Of a stretch of DNA of 64,000 nt, positions 48,130-56,962 are shown in pieces. The notes below the pieces were generated by a model. That model saw only the letters and a list, made by a program, of their open reading frames with translations. It did not search any database and was not told the origin of the DNA. Origin of the DNA: Candidatus Dojkabacteria bacterium (lineage in GTDB: Bacteria; Patescibacteriota; Dojkabacteria; SC72); NCBI GenBank assembly GCA_050950145.1, contig JBMNHB010000001.1:364820-428819 (forward strand), read 5' to 3'. The number at the start of each line of letters is the position of its first letter. Positions within the stretch are counted from its first letter, which is position 1. The position numbers and the translations under genes were made by a program.

Positions 48130-48393
48130 CTGTAATTACCAACCTTAGCATGAGTTATAGCACTTTTAAATCCTAACTAGAGTTGGTACCAGGCCTATTT
48201 GAAGAACCAATCTTTCTTCTTTGAAGGTTTCTAGTGGTTTTAGAAGATATGTTAATAGTTCGCGACTATTGACAACCTAGTAGCAGTAATTGAGAGAAAT
48301 CTCTTTTATTTGTTGCTAGGTCCAACTCATGCACTGTAAGGTGTATGTTGCTATCGTTGGACGGGGTGTATTGGAACTGCCGTCCTTTTTTTT
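48130..48393 (+). ncRNA. Unassigned highly structured ~260-nt RNA ending in intrinsic terminator
   Basis: Multiple hairpins with plus-strand G-U pairs, long-range 5'/3' helix, GGACGG/CCGTCC + T8; boundaries approximate. Confidence 0.6.
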
Positions 48394-48398
48394 GCTAA

Positions 48399-49571
48399 TT
48401 ATTCAACTGTATAATCATCAAAATACCCCTGAACTAATACAACTGGTGTACCTTTATCCCCACTCCCACTTGTTAAATCACATAAACTACCCAACAAATC
48501 AGTTAGTTGTCTTGGTGTTGTTCCCAACGACCTCTCTTTATTAAAATTCTCACTTTTTTTCTCATTAATTATCTTTTTAATATACTCATCAAGATCTCCT
48601 TGTTCATTCCAGTTCTCAGAGAAATATTTCAATTTAATTTCATTAGGTCTACCAACCAAACCATCTGTAAAAGCAGGAGAAACAACAGGATCTGCTAACT
48701 CCCAAATTTGACTAACAGGATCCTTAAAAGCACCATCTCCATATATCATAACCTCTATCTTCTTACCTGTTTCTTTCTTAAACATTTCTTGAATTTTCTC
48801 CACTAATTCCTTTCCTCCCCTAGGAAAAAGTTTCAACCTATCTTCTCCCACCTTATTTGAACCAAGTAAACCATACTCCTCATGGTAACCCCTCTGGGTA
48901 TTTTTCTTGTTACAGATATCTTCTAAACCAAATAGCTTTTCAGCACCATTCTCCTTAAGAATTTTCTTTGTTTTCTTCCTTGTATGAATATCACAAGTTA
49001 AAACATTCTTTGTAAACTTTAAAATATACTCAGGATTATTAGAAAAATGTATCCTTACCCCCTTACTAAAGCTCTTGTAATATTCAACATAGTCTATACC
49101 TGTAAACTCATGTTTAAATTCATATCCAAATAATTCCCTAAATCTCTCCTCTCCGAAAGAATCAAAGTAGGGATTTACTTCAGATTCTTCTAACATATGA
49201 GGATCCATAATGTGGTTACCAACCTCATCAGAAGGATAGCTAAAAAGAATATGCACATTCTTACAAGCAACAGTTGCAGCTTTCAGAATTAAAGAAAATC
49301 TATTCCTACTAAGGATAGGGAATATTAATCCTATCTCTTTATCTCCATACTTTTCTTTTATCTCCTTTGCAACATCTTCAACAGTAACATAATTGTGTTG
49401 ACATATTGCTACAACAGCTTCTGTAATACCAATTATATCTCTATAATTTAAGTCAAATTTAGCATATTTTGAAGCTCTCAGAACAGAATCAACAACTACT
49501 TGGGCTAAATCATCACTCTCCCTTATTATGGGAGTTCTAATTCCACGCACGGTTGTACCTACATATCTCAT
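48399..49571 (-). CDS. Coenzyme F420-0:L-glutamate ligase-like family protein
   Basis: RGIRTPII, ITEAVVA, GTTPRQLTDLLGSLCDLTSGSGDKGTPVV. Confidence 0.8.
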   Translation of the reverse strand: MRYVGTTVRGIRTPIIRESDDLAQVVVDSVLRASKYAKFDLNYRDIIGITEAVVAICQHNYVTVEDVAKEIKEKYGDKEIGLIFPILSRNRFSLILKAATVACKNVHILFSYPSDEVGNHIMDPHMLEESEVNPYFDSFGEERFRELFGYEFKHEFTGIDYVEYYKSFSKGVRIHFSNNPEYILKFTKNVLTCDIHTRKKTKKILKENGAEKLFGLEDICNKKNTQRGYHEEYGLLGSNKVGEDRLKLFPRGGKELVEKIQEMFKKETGKKIEVMIYGDGAFKDPVSQIWELADPVVSPAFTDGLVGRPNEIKLKYFSENWNEQGDLDEYIKKIINEKKSENFNKERSLGTTPRQLTDLLGSLCDLTSGSGDKGTPVVLVQGYFDDYTVE

Positions 49572-49592
49572 GTATTCATATATTTGATCAAT

Positions 49593-50930
49593 TTAAGAAA
49601 TAGCTTTAGCAAACATTAAACCTGTTACTGCAGCACCTGTTATAGAGCCAGAAAGACCAGCACCATCACCAGCAACATACAAACCTTTAATCTTTGTCTG
49701 CAAACTTTTATCTGTCTCTATCTTTGATGACCTAAACTTCACCTCAGGTGCATAAAGTAGGGTAGAACCAGAATTAATTCCTGGCATAACTTTATCTAAA
49801 ATCTCCAACCCTTCAATTATATTCTTTACATTCCTGTATGGTAGTGCCATAGCAATATCACCAGGTGTAACATCTGTAAGTGATGGTTCAACAAAAGATT
49901 TTGACAATCTATTCCATGTACTTCTTCTTCCATATCGTAGATCCTCAAGAGATTGAAGTATTGGTTTTCCTCCACCAATAGTAGATGCAACCTCTGCAAT
50001 TGACTTAGCATACGCGATTGAATTCTCAACAGGTTCTGTCAATCTAACTTCATTAAGAAATGCAAAATTAGAATTCTTATCACTATGATCTGAGTCTGAA
50101 TGACCATTTACACAAATATAGCCATCGTATGTCTCTGTAGTTACCTTACCATTCGGACAACTACAGAATGTTCTTACAATATCATGATATGTTCTAGTTC
50201 TCACTCTGTACACTGTCTCATACAGTGTTTTAGCTTGCCTTTCCATTACCTGGGCAGGAAATTCTACTCTAACACCAACCTCTACTTTGTCATAAATATA
50301 TTTAATATCATGCTTATCTGCTAACTTCTGAAGCCATGCTGCTCTAACTCTACCAGGTGCAAGAAGAACTACTTTACTCTTAATCTCTTCTCCTTTCTTA
50401 GTAACTACACCAGCAACACTCCCCTTATTCACAATAATATCTACAACCTCTGTATTATCTAAAATATCTACACCTGAATTCTCCAAATATTTTTCAAAAT
50501 TACCAATAACAATCTTTAATTTATCTGTTCCAACATGCTGAGCTCTCCTTACAACAAGCTCAATATCATTCAAAATTGCATCCTTTATCAACTCATCATA
50601 CTCAGGAGTCATCTTAGGGTAATATTCTGTATTTACACCAAACTCCTTAAATATCTCATCAACATAGTCTAAGATCTTTTGATATTTAGGTTTAGAAATC
50701 AAATGAAAAGCTTTCTCATGGGAAAGATCTGCTGTATAGTGGAGCTTACCATCGGAAAATGTACCAGCACCACCTACTCCAGACATAACCTCTGAAGGTT
50801 TCCTCTTATCAAGTTTCTTACCCATATCAAGAAGAGCTATTTTAACTCCATTCTTCCTTTTGAGTAGTTCATAAGAAGCAAAAAGTCCTGCTGGACCAGC
50901 ACCAACAATAATTACATCATATTTGGACAT
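49593..50930 (-). CDS. NAD(P)/FAD-dependent oxidoreductase
   Basis: GAGPAG, GGAGTFSDGK, VGVRVE, RTFCSCP, AGDGAG. Confidence 0.9.
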   Translation of the reverse strand: MSKYDVIIVGAGPAGLFASYELLKRKNGVKIALLDMGKKLDKRKPSEVMSGVGGAGTFSDGKLHYTADLSHEKAFHLISKPKYQKILDYVDEIFKEFGVNTEYYPKMTPEYDELIKDAILNDIELVVRRAQHVGTDKLKIVIGNFEKYLENSGVDILDNTEVVDIIVNKGSVAGVVTKKGEEIKSKVVLLAPGRVRAAWLQKLADKHDIKYIYDKVEVGVRVEFPAQVMERQAKTLYETVYRVRTRTYHDIVRTFCSCPNGKVTTETYDGYICVNGHSDSDHSDKNSNFAFLNEVRLTEPVENSIAYAKSIAEVASTIGGGKPILQSLEDLRYGRRSTWNRLSKSFVEPSLTDVTPGDIAMALPYRNVKNIIEGLEILDKVMPGINSGSTLLYAPEVKFRSSKIETDKSLQTKIKGLYVAGDGAGLSGSITGAAVTGLMFAKAIS

Positions 50931-51081
50931 GGCATTATATTGATAATGTTACATATCATTATTTCAAAAAAAGAAAAACTTTTCAACATAAAAACCAACC
51001 TGGTTCGTAGATTTATCTATATCCGATACACCAAAGAAACTCTTTTGTTACAATTAATTAATTTACTACAAGACATAACTT

Positions 51082-51870
51082 TTATTCCAAATTCCAAATA
51101 TCAGAAAGAGTGTTTACAACAATTACTTCTACAGTATCAGGTATATTACATACTTCCTTTGCTACTCTTTCTCTCCTATCTATCCATATTAAATGCTCAA
51201 TACCTTGCTTAATTGATGGTAAAATGTCTGATTCTAAACTATCTCCCACAACTAAAATATCTTTCAATGCAATACCTTTATCTAAAGCATCATTAATTGG
51301 CTTTTTCCAATCTTTAGGATGTGTAATATCAGTAGTATAGTAGGGAATATTCGGGATTCTACATTTCTGTTGCATATATTCAATTTTTACCTTTGTCCAA
51401 CCATCTCCAGCCAGAGAATTTGCAGCAAAAAATTTCATATTTTTGTAATTGTAAAAGAATCTGAAAAGATCTATTGCTTCAGGAAATATCTCAGGTGTAT
51501 TATCATAAAAATCATCAAAATGTTTATCCAATATCTCATCCATTAACGGATGATAATTGTCTTTATAGAAAGCTTTTAAACCCTCTCCATACTCAATTTT
51601 TACTGGTAATGGTTGGCAACCTCTATCGTAAAACTTCTTACTAACATCCTCAGAGATTTTCTTTACTGTTACTGTAGGATCCTCATTCTCAACAGGAAAG
51701 TTATTTACTACTTCTAAGAAAGATTTCTCTTTCTTGTTTATATAGTAAGGATCAGTATCAAAAACAGTATTATCAAGATCAAAAATTAAACCCTGAATAT
51801 TTCTATCATCAAGTGCAATTTCTAAACTAGGGATAGAGTCTTTTTTAAACTCTGAAATTACATTTTCCAT
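51082..51870 (-). CDS. HAD-superfamily hydrolase
   Basis: FDLDNT motif I, VGDSLESD motif IV. Confidence 0.85.
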   Translation of the reverse strand: MENVISEFKKDSIPSLEIALDDRNIQGLIFDLDNTVFDTDPYYINKKEKSFLEVVNNFPVENEDPTVTVKKISEDVSKKFYDRGCQPLPVKIEYGEGLKAFYKDNYHPLMDEILDKHFDDFYDNTPEIFPEAIDLFRFFYNYKNMKFFAANSLAGDGWTKVKIEYMQQKCRIPNIPYYTTDITHPKDWKKPINDALDKGIALKDILVVGDSLESDILPSIKQGIEHLIWIDRRERVAKEVCNIPDTVEVIVVNTLSDIWNLE

Positions 51871-51878
51871 TATATCAC

Positions 51879-53915
51879 TTATTTACTCGATCTTATAATA
51901 TATTTGTCCTTAATACCAAGAATTTCATCAAAATTCTCTTTATTTACTAAGAACAAACGGATTTGCCCATCATTACTTCTATTTGCATCTGTTGCTAATA
52001 GAACAGTTTCTCCCTTATCATCAATATATTTTCCTAATATTACTCCTATATGACCAGCAGGTCTCCCTGTTTTATAATCAACATTACCAATATCATCAAC
52101 ATAGAGACCAATATTAGCATTGATGAAAATATCTCCATTCTGATAATCATCTATTACTATATCTTTTCCTGCTATAACAGAATAACTATCATATAAAAGT
52201 TCAGTTTTATCATTACAATTTAAAGAGGAAGGAGGAAGTAATCTAGAAGGAATACTGTTTCCCCTAGTAGGAAGTTCATATATATTCATATTGGGATATA
52301 ATTTTGATAGTAACTTTACAAACTCAATAGAACCAATACCAATATTTTTTGTTTTTGTATTTTTTAAAGTAAACAGATCTTCCATATATGATTCTCCTAA
52401 TTCCTCTGACATGTTCTTAAACCATTTACTTTCCTTTATATAATCTTCAAATTTAACATCAGTATTATTTTGATATCTGACAAGTGTCTCTTGAAGTTCT
52501 TTTATATTATTAATAACATCATTATCTCTTATACTATCTCTAATACTTTCAAGATTCTCGTCTCCGTAAAACAAAGCAGCAATTTCAATTTCTTCTGTAC
52601 TCATCTCATATTCCTTAACACTTCGATCCTGTACTTGGTTGTTTTTTCTTAATTCCTCATACTGTCTAAGCTTACTAGTTAAATATTCTATCTGTGTAGT
52701 AGGAGATTCTTTTGTCAAAGAGAGTGTAGACACTAGAATAGAATCTGATTTTATTCCTAAATCTTCTACAACATTACCTAGTGGTATAATATTTGCACCT
52801 ACCGATAAATACCCACCAAAGTTCTTATCCGTAGATTTCCAAGAAAGATCTTGTGTCATTGAAGGACTGATTAATAGCATAGAATCAACTTTACTCTCTG
52901 GAAGACTAAAAGGTCCTTGAAAATATTTATATCCATGTGGCGCTTGAGACAAGATATTTACATTTCCTAATCTATGAAGCATAGAAGATGTTGCTGTAGC
53001 AGTAACACACACACCTCCAGCATAAGAAACTCCCCCACCTAGAATGTATCCATTTAGAAATTCCTCAACCCTACTATCACGACTTGAAAGCCCAATCATA
53101 TTCATATAGTTATATGTTTTATTTGCAACTAATGGACCATATTTTTCTTGATATGTTGAGAGATTTATCCAAGCTTTAAGAATATTAATTAATTTATTAG
53201 GATAGATTTCATCCTCTCCGACTACATAGGTAATAGTGGTTAGAGCATTTTCATCCTTAACTGTAAATTCTTCTTTTTTATCACCTTCATCTTTTGATAA
53301 AACAATAGCAGAAACATATTTTCCTCCGTAAGTATTTGATATTAATCCAATCTCTACTTTTTTCCCTTCTTTATTAACAATAGTATGTATCTCAGCTAAT
53401 TCAAAGTTATTCCCTTCCTCTATAGTAAACTGTTTTACACTCTCGTCTGTTCTTATTGTAAAAGATCTATTAATAGGAATAAGGTACATTTGAGTTTCTG
53501 ACATTGTTTTAATCACATGTCCTAGTTCAAGTTTCTCAACATTTTCTATTTTGTAATCCTTAAATTCAGAAAAATCTAATTTTACATCCTCCTCATGCAT
53601 TTCATTCTCTTCAGAGAAAGTAATCCTACGACCTGTATTATCAATCTCTATAAAATATTTTGAATTAAAATAATCAGATTTATAAATATCTGTATCTTGA
53701 TTATAAATATCTGCATTCTGCTTTTCATCTTGTAAAGCACAAAAAGGAGGATAAGTATCAGGGACTTCAGTTAATTCCGTATTTTCCTTATTCAAATTAT
53801 GAATCTGTGTTTTCGGAGTTTTATCTTGATTATCTACCTTACTTGGAACATGACCATATGCACCACCTAAAAGAGAAGCAACAACAAGAGTATTAACAAC
53901 ATCTTTTGGTTCCAT
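51879..53915 (-). CDS. Large exported protein with VanW-like and CHAP-like regions
   Basis: GGVCVTATA (VanW-like GGxC), C-terminal GDIF...GHIGVI...TDAN (CHAP-like). Confidence 0.55.
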   Translation of the reverse strand: MEPKDVVNTLVVASLLGGAYGHVPSKVDNQDKTPKTQIHNLNKENTELTEVPDTYPPFCALQDEKQNADIYNQDTDIYKSDYFNSKYFIEIDNTGRRITFSEENEMHEEDVKLDFSEFKDYKIENVEKLELGHVIKTMSETQMYLIPINRSFTIRTDESVKQFTIEEGNNFELAEIHTIVNKEGKKVEIGLISNTYGGKYVSAIVLSKDEGDKKEEFTVKDENALTTITYVVGEDEIYPNKLINILKAWINLSTYQEKYGPLVANKTYNYMNMIGLSSRDSRVEEFLNGYILGGGVSYAGGVCVTATATSSMLHRLGNVNILSQAPHGYKYFQGPFSLPESKVDSMLLISPSMTQDLSWKSTDKNFGGYLSVGANIIPLGNVVEDLGIKSDSILVSTLSLTKESPTTQIEYLTSKLRQYEELRKNNQVQDRSVKEYEMSTEEIEIAALFYGDENLESIRDSIRDNDVINNIKELQETLVRYQNNTDVKFEDYIKESKWFKNMSEELGESYMEDLFTLKNTKTKNIGIGSIEFVKLLSKLYPNMNIYELPTRGNSIPSRLLPPSSLNCNDKTELLYDSYSVIAGKDIVIDDYQNGDIFINANIGLYVDDIGNVDYKTGRPAGHIGVILGKYIDDKGETVLLATDANRSNDGQIRLFLVNKENFDEILGIKDKYIIRSSK

Positions 53916-54268
53916 AATAAATACTATACTATTAATTTATTATAAACTACCTAATTACACCCCATAGTATATTATACCATTAATATTACCTTTTTACATA
54001 ATATATCATAATTATAATGAAATATTGAACCAGTAAAATTCTTTAAGTATAATCTACCTTGTTGTTACATGCTCTTTAGAAATACATACGGAAAGGAATG
54101 GAGTAGTGATAGGCGAAGAAACAAAAAAACAAAAAAGAAGAAACAAAAACCAACGAAAACTAAGTCTAAATACTCCTCAAAAGATGACGAGTATAGAAAA
54201 CAGAAACCTTAAAAGTGGGGAAACTCAAAGATTTAATATCCAAGTTTCCACACTAAGAATTCTAACAA

Positions 54269-54673
54269 CTACGCATTAACTTCCTCAGAAAATGCTTCAT
54301 CCTCCTCATCTGCCATAGCATCTTCCTTTGTAACATGCTCAATACCATCAATATGGTTTGCTGGAGTATAAATGGTATAAAGTTTTAAATCTTCTGTCTG
54401 AGATGTATTAATCACATTATGTCTAACACCTGAAGGTACAACAATTGCAAAACCTTTCGTAAATGGTGTCTCTACTCCATCCATAACAACTTTACCTTCT
54501 CCTTCCTCAACCCTAAAGAACTGATCTACCTTTGGATGAACCTCCTCACCAATATCCTCCCCTGGTTTAAGAGACATAGCAACTAATTGTAAGTGATTAC
54601 CTGTATATACAACTTTTCTAAAACTACTGTTTTGCTCAGTAATCTCCTCAATATTATCAACATATCCTGTCAT
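54269..54673 (-). CDS. Cupin domain protein
   Basis: EDIGEEVH..DQFF, VPSGVRHNVIN, KLYTIY. Confidence 0.92.
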   Translation of the reverse strand: MTGYVDNIEEITEQNSSFRKVVYTGNHLQLVAMSLKPGEDIGEEVHPKVDQFFRVEEGEGKVVMDGVETPFTKGFAIVVPSGVRHNVINTSQTEDLKLYTIYTPANHIDGIEHVTKEDAMADEEDEAFSEEVNA

Positions 54674-54755
54674 ATATCTATAAATAAAAATTTAATTAAG
54701 TAGCTATACATTGTACCACTCTTAACAAGATTGATTCAAACTTGTAAAATTAACT

Positions 54756-55871
54756 ATGTTTAACAGCAAAATATTTGCAAACAGGCCTACAAGAGCAGAA
54801 ATATATTTAAAAAATTTAGATAATAACATCTCTGTTATTCGTAAGATCGTTGGAAAAAGGAAAATACTCGGTATTGTAAAAGCAAATGCATATGGTCATG
54901 GTTTAGTTGAAATATCAAAAAGATTACAAAAATTAAAAATAGACTATCTTGGAGTTGCATATATTGAGGAGGCAGTATATCTTAGAGAAAATGGAATTAA
55001 AATACCGATATTAGTATTAGGAGCAATAGAAAATTCTCAAATATCACTTTATCTAAAACATAATATTGATATTACAGGTTCATCTATTGAAAAACTAGAA
55101 TACATTTCTAAACAAGCAAAAAGATTAAAGAAGATAGCTAAGGTACACCTTAAAATTGATACGGGTATGGGAAGAATAGGAGTACAGTGGGATAGGAAAG
55201 AAGAATATATAAAAAAAGCATATTCTCTTCCTAATATTAAAATAATTGGAATATTCTCACATTTTGCAGATTCATACTATGATAGGAAATATACTAAACT
55301 ACAGCTAGAGAGATTTAATGAAGTTTTAGAATATATTAAAGAAAACTACAAACTACCTTCATTTATACATTTTGCAAATACTGGTGCAATATCAAGAAAT
55401 CTCACTAACTCATTTTTTACAATGGTTAGACCTGGAATAATGATGTATGGATACTCGTTGAACAAAAGATTGCAGAAGAAACTTAAACCGGTTATGCATT
55501 TCAAAACAAAAGTTCTTTACTTTAAGGTTTTAGAGAAGGGAAATAGTGTAGGATATGCTAGAACATACAGTACAAAAACAAGAGAAAGAATTGTAACACT
55601 CCCTGTGGGATATGCTGATGGGTATCCTAGAAGTCTTAGCAACAAAGGAATCGTGTATCTAAACAATCATAAATATCCTGTTGTTGGTAGAATGTGTATG
55701 GATCAATGTATGGTTAGTATTGGACCAAAAGGTGAAGCATATGTAGGAGATGAGGTAGAGTTATGGGGAGAAAAAATTAAATTACAAGATGTTTCTGAAA
55801 GAAGTGAACATTCTATGTGGGATCTGCTTAGTAATGTAACAGAGAGGGTTCCAAGAAAATATATAAAATAA
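54756..55871 (+). CDS. alr: Alanine racemase
   Basis: VKANAYGHG, HLKIDTGMGRIG, VRPG, GYADG, GRMCMD. Confidence 0.97.
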   Translation: MFNSKIFANRPTRAEIYLKNLDNNISVIRKIVGKRKILGIVKANAYGHGLVEISKRLQKLKIDYLGVAYIEEAVYLRENGIKIPILVLGAIENSQISLYLKHNIDITGSSIEKLEYISKQAKRLKKIAKVHLKIDTGMGRIGVQWDRKEEYIKKAYSLPNIKIIGIFSHFADSYYDRKYTKLQLERFNEVLEYIKENYKLPSFIHFANTGAISRNLTNSFFTMVRPGIMMYGYSLNKRLQKKLKPVMHFKTKVLYFKVLEKGNSVGYARTYSTKTRERIVTLPVGYADGYPRSLSNKGIVYLNNHKYPVVGRMCMDQCMVSIGPKGEAYVGDEVELWGEKIKLQDVSERSEHSMWDLLSNVTERVPRKYIK

Positions 55872-55882
55872 CTGTTAAATAT

Positions 55883-56962
55883 ATGAAAGTACAAAAGAAT
55901 GTATCATTAAAACAATACAATACTTTTAATATAAATGTAAAAGCTAAATATTTTGTAGAGTTAGAAAGTAAAGAAGAGTGTTTTGAAGTTTTGGATAAGT
56001 ACAAAGATGAAGAAATATTAATTCTTGGTGGTGGTAGTAATATTCTTTTTGTGAATGATTGGGATGGAGTTGTAATAAGACCTGTATTCAAAGGAATAAA
56101 TATCATTCAAGAAACAGAAAACACTGTACTTCTTGAAGTAGCAGCAGGAGAAGAGTGGGACAACTTTGTTAGATGGTGTGTAGAACACGACTATGCAGGA
56201 GTTGAAAATATGGTATTAATCCCTGGTAGTGTAGGGGGAGCTGTATCTCAAAATATTGCTGCATACGGACAAAATATTACTGATACATTAACTAGTATTA
56301 CAGCAATAGAACTAGCAACAAAGAAAGAAATTACTCTAAAACCTGAGGAATGTGGATATGAATACAGAAGAAGTAATTTTAAAAACATATGGAAGAACAA
56401 ATATCTAATTACATCTGCAACATTTGAACTTAAAAAGAATAATAAAGAATTTGAACTTAGTTATCATGAAAGAGCAGGAAGATACGGATCTTTGAAAGAA
56501 GAATTAGATGCATTTGCAAAAGAACCATACAGTATTCAAGATGTAATGGAAGCAATAATTAGACAGAGAAACAAGAGATTACCTAAAGTAGAAGATTTAG
56601 GAACATGTGGAAGCTTCTTTGAAAATCCTGTTGTAACTGTAGAAAAGTACAATGAATTAGCTAAAAAGATGGAAGATTTACAATCATATCCTGTTGAAAA
56701 CTTAAGTTACAATGTAAATACAAAAGATCAGTTAGGAGAACATGAGTATGTAAAAATACCTGCTGGAAGATTACTAGATGAATTAGGATGGAAAGGAAAA
56801 TGGGATGGTAATGTAGGAGTATTTGAAAACCATGCACTCTGTGTTGTTACAAACAAAAAAGCTACAGGAGAAGAAGTAATCTCTTTTATTGAAAAAATGA
56901 AAGATGATGTAAAGAAAAACTATGGAGTAGAGTTAGTTACAGAGGTAAATATTATTAATTAA
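55883..56962 (+). CDS. murB: UDP-N-acetylenolpyruvoylglucosamine reductase
   Basis: LGGGSN, IPGSVGG, YRRS.FK, GSFFENP, HAL, EV. Confidence 0.96.
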   Translation: MKVQKNVSLKQYNTFNINVKAKYFVELESKEECFEVLDKYKDEEILILGGGSNILFVNDWDGVVIRPVFKGINIIQETENTVLLEVAAGEEWDNFVRWCVEHDYAGVENMVLIPGSVGGAVSQNIAAYGQNITDTLTSITAIELATKKEITLKPEECGYEYRRSNFKNIWKNKYLITSATFELKKNNKEFELSYHERAGRYGSLKEELDAFAKEPYSIQDVMEAIIRQRNKRLPKVEDLGTCGSFFENPVVTVEKYNELAKKMEDLQSYPVENLSYNVNTKDQLGEHEYVKIPAGRLLDELGWKGKWDGNVGVFENHALCVVTNKKATGEEVISFIEKMKDDVKKNYGVELVTEVNIIN

